Below the pieces are notes generated by a model. It searched no databases. It was not told the DNA's origin and saw only the letters and a list, made by a program, of their open reading frames with translations. From Parcubacteria group bacterium (GTDB taxonomy: Bacteria; Patescibacteriota; Minisyncoccia; Moranbacterales; UBA9337): DNA of 64,000 nucleotides. The position numbers and the translations under genes were made by a program. Positions within the stretch are counted from its first letter, which is position 1; every line of letters begins with the position of its first letter. The stretch covers positions 119,757-183,756 of the forward strand of contig JBAZSW010000001.1 of NCBI GenBank assembly GCA_041662245.1. The letters run 5' to 3'. Shown one piece after another: positions 55,630-64,000 of the stretch.

Positions 55630-56052
55630 TTGACAGCTTTTTATTAATTATGATAGTCTTTCAATGTTTAGAAGAGCGTTTCTTCGGATCGTACGTATCT
55701 GGAGGAAGGTAAACAAAAACAATTTTTTACGGAGGATATCATGAAAAGGTATCTAGTACCGCGCTGTGCACGGTGTATGAACGGTTACTGACGATGGGGC
55801 GCTAATATGCCCCGAATTATTTGGTTAGGGTATTTCCCATTTGAATGCCCACAAATTGGGAACGCAGAAAAAACAAAAAATGGGTACTACATTAGAGGGA
55901 GGTGAAAAAATTGTTCCAAATTAAAACTGGTCTGGGTGTTCCCTTCTGCGTATCACGCAGAGCAGGGGAGTCCCGCGGCTAAGACAGATATAACTGTCCG
56001 TGCTAGGAAGAAGAGGTCACTTTGGTATCCCGAAGTGACCTTGATTATTTTT
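55630..56052 (+). ncRNA. Candidate noncoding transcription unit (~420 nt, promoter-like TTGACA to strong terminator) with only a 16-aa ORF (MKRYLVPRCARCMNGY, 55741-55791, RBS GGAGG); identity unknown
   Basis: TTGACA at 55630-55635. Elevated GC. Several internal hairpins (for example TCTGCGT ATC ACGCAGA). Terminator AGGTCACTT ... AAGTGACCT plus T-run at 56014-56052. No ORF of at least 60 aa. No RNase P, tmRNA, SRP, T-box or B12 consensus motifs were found by eye. Confidence 0.3.
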
Positions 56053-56106
56053 ATAAAAGATGAATTTAATGTAAAATAGAAGCAATAATAAAATCATAAA
56101 AATAGA

Positions 56107-56604
56107 ATGAAAAATATCATAAGTGTTATTGGTGACTATAAAATTTTTTTGAATGCCGTATACGCAAATTTAAAAAGTGCAAAAGTTGATGTAGCTGATT
56201 TTTATATTGATCATATCGCTTATCGAACTACTTCTCAAAAAAACTACAGAGTGATTAGGGAAGAATTATTAAATTGGGGAGAAATCATGACAGAAAAAAT
56301 AATTCGTAATCGATTAGTGTCAATCTTTAAATTTAATATTCCATTAGATTATAATGATTCGAAAATAGAATATTTTGAGATATTGGAACCTGCCAATGAC
56401 AATAATTACAAAGAAGGATTAGAGCACGCAGAATTTGTAGTGGGCAAAAAATTTTCAGAACTAGTTTCTAAAAATTCTCAAATTAATTTTATTTTCAAAG
56501 ATAAAGAAATAAATCCAGAATTAGTTTTAAAATTTCCCGATAACGTCAATGTAAAATTTCATGAGTTGCCGATAGATGAAGTGATTAAATTGGAAGAAAA
56601 ATAG
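56107..56604 (+). CDS. Hypothetical protein (165 aa), possibly VOC/glyoxalase-fold (YecM-like)
   Basis: Paired beta-alpha-beta-beta-beta-like modules with DHIAYRT and LEHAEFVVG segments. Weak. Confidence 0.3.
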   Translation: MKNIISVIGDYKIFLNAVYANLKSAKVDVADFYIDHIAYRTTSQKNYRVIREELLNWGEIMTEKIIRNRLVSIFKFNIPLDYNDSKIEYFEILEPANDNNYKEGLEHAEFVVGKKFSELVSKNSQINFIFKDKEINPELVLKFPDNVNVKFHELPIDEVIKLEEK

Positions 56605-56691
56605 GCCAGTAATATTTCTAATAGTTCTAGACTTAGTGGTTAGGGAATGGTAAAATGAAGTTTGTAAGACATTAAATAGGGTAACTAATTT

Positions 56692-57810
56692 ATGAAAATC
56701 GCAATTCAGGCAGCGGATTTAGATAATAAGAGAATTGATGGAACAAGAGTGTATCTTTTAAATGTACTCAAATATCTAGGCAAACTTTCTCCAAAAGATG
56801 AGTTTATAATTTATCATAAAAATAATTTTAATTCAGAGCTAATTCCAGCTATTTTTCCTAATTATAATATAAAAAAATTAAAATTTTTTAAACTTTGGAC
56901 GCAAACTAGATTTGCTTTTAATATTTGGAAAGATAAAGTGGATATCTTGTGGATGCCGATGCATAATATTCCACTTTTAAAAAATAAAAATTTAAAAACA
57001 ATAGTTACTATTCACGATTTAGCTTTTAAACAATTTCCTAAAACCTTTCCCAAAAAGGATTTGTTTAAGCTTAATCTTTTGACTGATTTGGCGATAAAAA
57101 AATCCGATAAGCTTATTGCCGTTTCTTATTCCACTAAAAGAGATATTTTGAAATTTTATCCTGAGATAAAGAAAGATAAAATTAAGGTTATTTATCATGG
57201 TTTTGACGCGGAGCTTTATCAAAGGGAATTTTATCAAGAGATTATAGATAAGACTTTGGAAAGTTATAAGTTAAGAGCCAAAAAATATATCTTATATGTT
57301 GGCGCTATTCAACCTCGAAAAAATTTAAAGACATTAGTTGAGGCTTTTGAGATTTTTAAAAAAGAAAATAAAAATAATATTAAACTAGTTTTAGCGGGAG
57401 GCAGGGCTTGGAGTTGGCAAGAATCAATGGATTCAATTGAAAAAAGTCCCGAGAGAGATAATATTATTCTAACAGGCAGGATTCCTTTTGACGATTTATC
57501 GATTTTGCAACAAAATGCAACTATTTTTATTTTTCCTAGCCTTTATGAAGGATTCGGAATTCCAGTTTTAGAGGCTTTTGCTGCGGGAACTCCAGTCATT
57601 TTAGCGAGAAATTCTAGTTTAGAAGAAGTTGGGGGAGAGGCGGCTAAATATTTTGATAGTTTAGATAGTAAAGAATTAGCTCAAAAAATTAACGAAGTAG
57701 TAAATAGTTCAGAATTGCAAAAAGAAATGATAGCAAAGGGCAAACAACAACTAAAAAAATTCTCTTGGGAAAAATGCGCCAAAGAAACTTTGGAATTTAT
57801 TAAGTCATAA
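56692..57810 (+). CDS. Glycosyltransferase family 4 (GT-B, RfaG-like)
   Basis: C-terminal donor-binding region FPSLYEGFGIPVLEAFAAGTPVI with E...E motif. Confidence 0.8.
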   Translation: MKIAIQAADLDNKRIDGTRVYLLNVLKYLGKLSPKDEFIIYHKNNFNSELIPAIFPNYNIKKLKFFKLWTQTRFAFNIWKDKVDILWMPMHNIPLLKNKNLKTIVTIHDLAFKQFPKTFPKKDLFKLNLLTDLAIKKSDKLIAVSYSTKRDILKFYPEIKKDKIKVIYHGFDAELYQREFYQEIIDKTLESYKLRAKKYILYVGAIQPRKNLKTLVEAFEIFKKENKNNIKLVLAGGRAWSWQESMDSIEKSPERDNIILTGRIPFDDLSILQQNATIFIFPSLYEGFGIPVLEAFAAGTPVILARNSSLEEVGGEAAKYFDSLDSKELAQKINEVVNSSELQKEMIAKGKQQLKKFSWEKCAKETLEFIKS

Positions 57811-57875
57811 TCATTATTGAATAATATATAGCAAGTGTTGTAAGTTGTAAAAAACTCTTTTTAAAAAGAGTTTTT

Positions 57876-58298
57876 TTAGTCTTCGGTTTTTAAAAGTATT
57901 TTATAAAAATAAAATAAAATGAGCAATGTTGCAAGTGTAATTATCGCAATAGGAAAAAGTTTAAATTCTAAATTGGCTAGAATAAAAATTATCAGAGATA
58001 TGATAATCAAAAAAATAGACAAAAGGTTAGAAGATTTATCTAGGAAGGATTTTGTTAATTTAAAATTCAGGGTTGAAAAATAAATTAAAAAAATGACAAT
58101 AGTTATTCCTAAAATTAACTTTAAAAAACTAAGCTGGGCAGAAATAAAATCTGGTAAAATTCCTTCGGATAAAATGGCTATTCCCCAAACAACTAAAAGG
58201 GTAACTAAAATATTTTTTAGTATTTTGTAAAGTATTATTTTTTTAGCGGAGGTTATTTTTAAATGCATATTTTTGAGGTTAGCTTTCTTTAAATCCAA
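57876..58298 (-). CDS. Small polytopic membrane protein (140 aa)
   Basis: Four hydrophobic helices. Confidence 0.4.
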   Translation of the reverse strand: MDLKKANLKNMHLKITSAKKIILYKILKNILVTLLVVWGIAILSEGILPDFISAQLSFLKLILGITIVIFLIYFSTLNFKLTKSFLDKSSNLLSIFLIIISLIIFILANLEFKLFPIAIITLATLLILFYFYKILLKTED

Positions 58299-59223
58299 AA
58301 CGGTAAAAAGTCTTCTGTTTTAAATCGCCTAAAAAAAACATGAAATTTTCTTGGCTAGGTGTTTTTTTAAATTCCAAATTGATTTGTTTTATTTTTAGAT
58401 TGGCCGGTAAATTTTCTAAGGTGAAATTGTAATCTTTCCCAAGGAGTGGATTTACCGAGGATAAGTTAACCACACACTCATATTTCTTTTTAGATAAGAA
58501 GGATTTTGTTAGGGTACAATTCATTTTCTCTTTCAGACTTTGGTCATTAACTTCTATAGCATTTATTATGTTTTCTTTAGGGGGATTGATAATTTTCCTT
58601 TTGGTATGATTTTCTATGAAATAATAATTCTCATCAGGAATTGTTTTAAGAATTGTTCCTGTGGGATGAGCAGAATTGATGTCGGCCAACTTTTGTTTTT
58701 CATAAATACTTAGATCCTTATTGTTGGGATGAACATTTTTCCATTGATAGCCCAAACTTTCAAAAGTAGTAGGATTATTAATAGGTGTTTCTTGGTTGTT
58801 GCCAATAATGAAAACTGATCCATCAAGAGAAATCAATTGATTCTCTTCTTTGTTATTTAGATCTTCTAAATTTTGGGCTGTAGGATAAAAAAAGGCTTTG
58901 TATGATTTTTGGATAGAAATGGTTTGATTTTCTAGTGGGGCGTCAGAGTTTAGCAACTCCATGTTTATCTTTACTTGAGAAAATCTCAGTGGCGTAGAAG
59001 CATAAAAACTTAACATTTTTTCTGATAAGGTAGTGTCTGTAATGGTGTTTTTAAGGCTGTTTATATTAGCAAAGGAATAAACGAAGTACCCAGAAGGAAA
59101 AATGATTCTATAGATTGCTAAAATGGCTAACATGAAAAATGTAAAAAAAACAAGCGAGTTGATAACTAAATAAATTTTTTTATTTTTTTTATTCAATTTT
59201 AAGGAGTCTATTGTGTGAGGCAT
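58279..59223 (-). CDS. Membrane-anchored hypothetical protein (314 aa)
   Basis: Single N-terminal TM. Its start overlaps the upstream gene's stop (operon with the 632-aa membrane protein). Confidence 0.45.
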   Translation of the reverse strand: MPHTIDSLKLNKKNKKIYLVINSLVFFTFFMLAILAIYRIIFPSGYFVYSFANINSLKNTITDTTLSEKMLSFYASTPLRFSQVKINMELLNSDAPLENQTISIQKSYKAFFYPTAQNLEDLNNKEENQLISLDGSVFIIGNNQETPINNPTTFESLGYQWKNVHPNNKDLSIYEKQKLADINSAHPTGTILKTIPDENYYFIENHTKRKIINPPKENIINAIEVNDQSLKEKMNCTLTKSFLSKKKYECVVNLSSVNPLLGKDYNFTLENLPANLKIKQINLEFKKTPSQENFMFFLGDLKQKTFYRFGFKES

Positions 59224-59229
59224 ATTTTT

Positions 59230-61128
59230 TTATTTGATTATTTCGAAAATAGAACCGTTGACCACTCGGGTTTCTTTTTGAGGAAGAGTATATGAATTAT
59301 CGGAAGTTAAAACATCTGACGAAAGGGAATATTCTTTAATAAATAACATATTTTCTCCTAGCACAGTTTTTTTATAATAATCAATGTTAGACTGGGGAGT
59401 AATTAAAAACACTTTGTTATATTTTTCTTTGTCGATTTTTGCTAAGTCTTGAGGATTAAAAAAATAAACAGCATTCTTATTAAAAATAGAGCCTAAAGTA
59501 TCGGCAATCATTTCAAAATTATTTCCACTAGCTGTTTGATCAACTAAAATTAAATCTTGGGCAGAAAAATTTTGATTAATTTGTCGAGTTCCTTCTAATA
59601 ATTCTTTGTTTGGAACAAATGTTAGATACTTAGTAAAGGAAGGTAGATTAAAAGCCACTATTATTAGAGTGATTATTATTCCTGGGATAACTCTTTTTTT
59701 GGCGTAGAGAGAATTGATTAAAAATAATGAATAGATGATAAATAGAGGCAAAATAGAAAAAGTGAATCTGCGAAGCATCCATGGATGCTCAATAGTTATT
59801 TGAGGACTAATGATATAGAAAAAAGAAGGAAAAACGATAAATAATGGGGTAAGTATTTGATATTTTTTCTTTTTGGCTAAATAAAAAATTCCTGCTAATC
59901 CAAATAAAATAGGCATCAATATTCCGTAAAGTCCAAATATTTTAAACAGATTAAATATTAATAAAAGGCTATTGTTTTTTACAACATCAGAAGAATTTTC
60001 GCTTATATTTTCCAGTGTTGCTTTTAGAATCGATTTATAAAAATAGATATCTACGTTTAAATTCCAAACAAAAATTATTCCAATAAATATTATAGGAAGT
60101 AAAATTATTTTTAGGAAACTCTTTCTATAATATCTCCCAGTGTTGCTATTAATTAATAAAAAAACTAGCGCTAGGGAGAAAAACACTATTCCTTCAATGC
60201 GAGTAAAAACCAACAATCCCAAGCTTGAAAAAAGCAAAATCAAGAGAGCTTTTTGATATTTTGGGCTTTGGGTTTTAGATTCAGTTAATAATAAAAGAGC
60301 AAAAATTCCAGACCAAAGCAGGGGAAGGGCAATGTTTTCAGTAAGCGTAAACTTACTAAACCACATAAAACAAAAAGATGTTAGTAAAATGATTAATCCA
60401 GATATTTGAGTGAGGATTTTTGTTTTGGCAGAGGCTCTGATTAAATTGGTAAGTTTGTGAAATATTAGATATAAAACTAAAAAAGAAAGATAGATCAGAA
60501 TGGCGTTGGCGACCTTGAATCCGATAATTCCTAAAAATGAATAAAATAGAGCTAACCAAGATATATAGACAATTGGAAACTGGGTGATTAATTTACCATC
60601 TGAAGTGTAATAAAAGCCTGGAAAATTGAAAGCCTTAGAGGAAGTTTTAGCTTTACAGAAAACCTGATAGAATTTTGATTTTAGAGAATTATCAACTTTA
60701 AAATCATCCAAATTATCAATAAGGCAATTTTTTAGTTTATCTTTTTGGATATTGTTAATTTTAAAGAAATCCTCGGAAACTGAAGTAGAAAATTTTAAAT
60801 TCCCAGTTTTCGAAAGATAAATGGAGGCTTGGCTAATAGAGCCCTGATCGCGACCCGTAAATATAGTAGGAGACGAAAAAAAAGTAAAAAATATAGCAGT
60901 TAGTATTAGTAGAATGTTTATGATTAAAAAAGAAGAGGATAATCTAGTTAAATTAAATAAGATAAACCTAGCCCCTCCTGCGGTTATTATAGCTATAAGA
61001 AGCGAGATGCTCCACCAATAAAAAATACCCAAAAGTGTCAGTAGAAAAAGACCCCATCCGATGGCTACCACAAAAAGCGATAAGCAGACAAAGAAATTGT
61101 AATCATGATTATTTTTTTTGCTCTCCAT
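59230..61128 (-). CDS. Polytopic membrane protein (632 aa), GT-C glycosyltransferase-like (GT39/ArnT-like)
   Basis: More than 12 predicted TM helices in the N-terminal 450 aa, plus a soluble C-terminal domain. This architecture is typical of PMT/ArnT-like GT-C enzymes common in CPR. Confidence 0.45.
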   Translation of the reverse strand: MESKKNNHDYNFFVCLSLFVVAIGWGLFLLTLLGIFYWWSISLLIAIITAGGARFILFNLTRLSSSFLIINILLILTAIFFTFFSSPTIFTGRDQGSISQASIYLSKTGNLKFSTSVSEDFFKINNIQKDKLKNCLIDNLDDFKVDNSLKSKFYQVFCKAKTSSKAFNFPGFYYTSDGKLITQFPIVYISWLALFYSFLGIIGFKVANAILIYLSFLVLYLIFHKLTNLIRASAKTKILTQISGLIILLTSFCFMWFSKFTLTENIALPLLWSGIFALLLLTESKTQSPKYQKALLILLFSSLGLLVFTRIEGIVFFSLALVFLLINSNTGRYYRKSFLKIILLPIIFIGIIFVWNLNVDIYFYKSILKATLENISENSSDVVKNNSLLLIFNLFKIFGLYGILMPILFGLAGIFYLAKKKKYQILTPLFIVFPSFFYIISPQITIEHPWMLRRFTFSILPLFIIYSLFLINSLYAKKRVIPGIIITLIIVAFNLPSFTKYLTFVPNKELLEGTRQINQNFSAQDLILVDQTASGNNFEMIADTLGSIFNKNAVYFFNPQDLAKIDKEKYNKVFLITPQSNIDYYKKTVLGENMLFIKEYSLSSDVLTSDNSYTLPQKETRVVNGSIFEIIK

Positions 61129-61427
61129 AACTAAACTATAAAGGCAAAAGGGCTACTTGGCAAGGTTGTGCAGTTTATTGATTTGAGGTAAAATTTATTT
61201 AGCAAATATATTACTTAGTTTTAAGTAAAACTATAATTTGTGGAGTTAATTTTGAATTTCGATTTTTGAATTTCGATTAAATTCCCAATGAATTATTTTT
61301 TATTTTTGATTAATAAATATTGAGTTTAATATTTCAAAGTGGAGTTGAAAAGGTGTTAAGTTTTTAAAACATTTGTAAATTAAAATTTTAATCAAAGTTC
61401 GAAATTAAAAATTCGAAATTCAACGGT

Positions 61428-61799
61428 GTGTCTCTAAAAGCTTATATTTGGAGTTTAATGTTAAGTACCTTTTTAGCGCTGGGCGCTTGGCTTTTTGTTT
61501 TGTTTAATATTGATCCATTCAAATCAGGAATAATTGGTCAGATTTTCTTTTATTTTAGTTTTTGGCTTTTTTTGATGGGAATATTGGTAAATATTTTAGT
61601 TTGGTTAAGGGTGAAATTTCTGGGAGGAGAAAACGCCATTGAAACTATGGGTCTCAGCTTTCGTCAGGGTTTTCTTTTAGCGCTGTTGGTTATTTCAATC
61701 ATTATGCTTAATGCTTATGGTTATTATACTTGGTGGATAGGTCTATTGGTAATAGCCGGAATATTTTTGGTGGAATTATATTTTTTGAGTAGAGAATGA
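61428..61799 (+). CDS. Small membrane protein (123 aa, 4 TM)
   Basis: Hydrophobic ORF. Confidence 0.4.
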   Translation: MSLKAYIWSLMLSTFLALGAWLFVLFNIDPFKSGIIGQIFFYFSFWLFLMGILVNILVWLRVKFLGGENAIETMGLSFRQGFLLALLVISIIMLNAYGYYTWWIGLLVIAGIFLVELYFLSRE

Positions 61800-61931
61800 A
61801 ATCATAAAACATAAATCATATAGCATAAAACATGAGTCATAAAGTATGGAACATGTAACTATGTGATAAATTTTTTTAAGAAATAAGAATAAGATTTTAG
61901 ATATTAATTTAAAAATAATAAGTGTAAAAAT

Positions 61932-62435
61932 ATGAGCGAGGCTGAAGAAAAAGAAAAGTATAAAAGACCCTCTTGGGATGAATACTTTTTAAATTTAGTT
62001 CAAACAGTGCGAACTAGGGGGACTTGTGATCGAGGAAGGTCGGGTTGTGTGGTTACTAAAGATAATCGAATATTAGTTACTGGTTATGTAGGCTCTCCAA
62101 TTGGAACTGCACACTGTGATGATGTGGGACATGAAATGAGCACAGTAACTCATGCAGATGGCTCTAAGACTCAACACTGCATCAGAACTGCACATAATGA
62201 ACAAAATGCTATTGCTAATGCTGCTAGGTTTGGGGTAGCTTTAGAAGGATCAACTATTTATTGTCATATGACTCCTTGCTATACTTGTGCTAAAATTATA
62301 ATAAATGCTGGGATAAGGCGCGTTGTTTGTGCTAAGGATTATCATGGCGGAGAAAGAAGCCGTGAAATTTTCAAAGAAGCTGGGGTGAAATATGATTTAG
62401 TGAAAAACGAAATGGAAATATATGATAATATGTAA
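61932..62435 (+). CDS. Deoxycytidylate (dCMP) deaminase, CDA zinc-binding family
   Basis: HAEQNAI-type motif (AHNEQNAIANA). PCxxC zinc motif (MTPCYTCAKIIINAGIRRVV). Confidence 0.8.
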   Translation: MSEAEEKEKYKRPSWDEYFLNLVQTVRTRGTCDRGRSGCVVTKDNRILVTGYVGSPIGTAHCDDVGHEMSTVTHADGSKTQHCIRTAHNEQNAIANAARFGVALEGSTIYCHMTPCYTCAKIIINAGIRRVVCAKDYHGGERSREIFKEAGVKYDLVKNEMEIYDNM

Positions 62436-62621
62436 TTTTAAAATAATTAAAAATTAGAGCCTCCTTTCCTTAGAAGGGGAGGATCGAGAAGGGGCTTGAA
62501 ATCTAAAGTAATTTTAGAGAACCCCCCTCTGCCTATCGGCATCCCTGCCTGCCGGCAGGCAGGTCCCCCTTGAGTACAAGAGGGAGAGGGTAATTGAAAT
62601 GATGTTAGTTTTAAAAATAAT

Positions 62622-63164
62622 ATGACAAAAGTAATTTTGGGAATTGCCGGCGAAATCGCTGCCGGAAAGGGAACTACAGCAAAATATTTAGTAGAAAAAT
62701 GTGGCGCCTCGACTCATCGTTTCTCTACTGCTCTTCGGGATGTGGCCAAAAGGATGTATCTAGATGAAAGTCGAGAAAACTTACAACAGCTCTCTACTTT
62801 AATGAGAGATGGTTTTGATGATAATATTTTGTCTAGAGTAATTTATAATGATGTTGGAAAGGATTCTTGCGAAGTTGTAGTGATTGATGGCGTTCGTCGA
62901 ATGAAGGATATCGAATTTTTGGAGAAAATGCCTGAGTTTAAGCTGATTTATATTGAAGCAGATTTAAGGAAGCGTTACGAACGAATAACTAAGCGAAGAG
63001 AAAATATAGACGACAAAGAAAAAACTTTCGATGAATTTAGAAGAGATAATAAAAGAGAAGCGGAAATTCAAATAAAATATTTAAAAGATGAAGCAGATTT
63101 TGTAATTGATAATAATGGAACATTAGAAGAGCTTTATGCTCAAATTGACAAAATAGTAGCTTGA
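62622..63164 (+). CDS. P-loop nucleotide/nucleoside kinase-like protein
   Basis: Walker A GIAGEIAAGKGTTAKYL. DGVRR motif reminiscent of NMP-kinase DG(F/V)(P/R)R. It sits between dCMP deaminase and the ThyX-like gene. Confidence 0.45.
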   Translation: MTKVILGIAGEIAAGKGTTAKYLVEKCGASTHRFSTALRDVAKRMYLDESRENLQQLSTLMRDGFDDNILSRVIYNDVGKDSCEVVVIDGVRRMKDIEFLEKMPEFKLIYIEADLRKRYERITKRRENIDDKEKTFDEFRRDNKREAEIQIKYLKDEADFVIDNNGTLEELYAQIDKIVA

Positions 63165-63303
63165 TTAAGCCATTTTTTGGTTGGGCATTTTAAAGAGTTC
63201 AATCGTTTTGGAGCGATTGAGTTTTTGGTTTCCTAATTTTTTCTAAATATGTTAAAATAGGAATCCCAAGAGTTTTAGCAAAAATTAAAATATAATAATC
63301 TTC

Positions 63304-64000
63304 ATGGAAAAAGAAAAAAATAATCATGTAGTTAGGGATTTGAAGCAGGGTGGTTTTGTTTTAATTTTAAATAATGAAGCTAAGATTGATGCACAAGCGG
63401 AAGCCATGTTGCAGGCATTGCATTCTCGTTCTACTGGAGGGATTTATCAGCATCTAAAAATTTTAAAAGAAAGAGGCGCAGAGAATTTTATGCAACAGTT
63501 TTATGTGGGCTATGGGCATAAATCCATTGGGGACTGTGGAAGTGCTACTATATTCGTAGAAGGGGTTTCAATGTTGGCCGCTAAAGCTATTCAAGATTGG
63601 CGGCTTTATTCGGGGCAAGAAGCTTCTACCCGTTATGTAGATTTTTCTAAGCAAAAATTCATTAATCCATTAAGTAGCAAAGAGGGAGAGAAAGTTCAAG
63701 AAAATTGGAGAAATTTTTATTTGGAAGCGCAAATTCCGATTCAAGAGCATCTCAAAAAACAATTTCCAAAAAAAGATGACGAGGATGGAAAAACTTACGA
63801 AAAAGCGATTGTGGCGCGAGCCTTTGACATCACCAGATCATTTTTGCCTGCCGGAGCGACAACTAATGTGGCTTGGCGAATGAATTTTCGTCAGTTAGCT
63901 GATGAGTTAATGTTGCTAAGACATCATCCACTAGAAGAAGTAAGAGACATTGCTGATAAAACAGAAGAAGCTCTTCAGGAGGCTTATCCTAGTTCTTTCG
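63304..64000 (+). CDS. Partial CDS (continues beyond window end): ThyX-family flavin-dependent thymidylate synthase-like
   Basis: Hand translation from ATG 63304 is open to the window end. WRLYSGQEASTRYVDF aligns to the ThyX signature RHR.....ES.RY (the RHR residues are replaced by WRL). ARAFDITRSFLPAGATTNVAWRMNFRQLADELMLLR matches the ThyX ARIVLP...TVNARSLMNFLNLR block. Confidence 0.55.
   Translation, partial: MEKEKNNHVVRDLKQGGFVLILNNEAKIDAQAEAMLQALHSRSTGGIYQHLKILKERGAENFMQQFYVGYGHKSIGDCGSATIFVEGVSMLAAKAIQDWRLYSGQEASTRYVDFSKQKFINPLSSKEGEKVQENWRNFYLEAQIPIQEHLKKQFPKKDDEDGKTYEKAIVARAFDITRSFLPAGATTNVAWRMNFRQLADELMLLRHHPLEEVRDIADKTEEALQEAYPSSF

Noticed and set aside
1-64000. CRISPR arrays, rRNA genes, integrase or recombinase genes
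   Set aside because: No regularly spaced direct repeats, no rRNA-like conserved stretches, and no tyrosine or serine recombinase motifs were seen anywhere in the window.

Overview
This is a 64 kb window of a low-GC (about 30%) bacterial chromosome. Gene content and style point to a Candidatus Patescibacteria/CPR-like organism: Lys/Glu-rich hypothetical proteins, a VirB4-like ATPase next to a VirB2/TrbC-like pilin, GT39-type membrane glycosyltransferases, giant repeat-rich surface proteins, and tRNA genes without encoded CCA.

Housekeeping genes I can support from sequence:
- DNA primase DnaG and a sigma-70 (RpoD) carrying a polybasic N-terminal tail
- an FtsA/PilM-like actin-fold ATPase and a PfkB sugar kinase
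- a sensor histidine kinase, a P-type cation ATPase and a ZnuABC-like metal uptake operon
- a metallophosphoesterase, a PilZ-domain protein, a nucleotide-sugar dehydrogenase and an ATP-grasp ligase
- an HD (SpoT-like) hydrolase and a GT4 glycosyltransferase
- a dCMP deaminase - kinase - ThyX-like cluster

The most unusual features:
- A tRNA (most likely Asn-GUU) is split in its anticodon loop by a 565-nt group I intron. The intron has canonical R/S core elements and carries an HNH homing-endonuclease ORF.
- Immediately 3' of that tRNA lies a roughly 5.4 kb island bounded by two ~290-bp direct repeats that re-duplicate the tRNA 3' end. It holds a RayT/IS200-like HUH transposase flanked by a 15-bp perfect palindrome, an orphan single-domain HsdS, a convergent PD-(D/E)xK nuclease plus a 372-aa partner (a candidate two-gene defense module), and a HigB toxin with an HTH-ImmA antitoxin.
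- Just outside the island are a Doc toxin and a third copy of the palindrome.
- A GC-rich (foreign-looking) insert sits next to the 3' end of a minus-strand tRNA-Gln(CUG). It carries an orphan 104-aa gene with its own RBS and terminator.
- A roughly 420-nt promoter-to-terminator noncoding unit follows, containing only a 16-aa CxxC peptide ORF.
- A thrombospondin-type-1/type-3-like repeat surface protein.
- A 20-bp perfect GC-rich palindrome recurs at two loci.

No CRISPR array and no rRNA were found.
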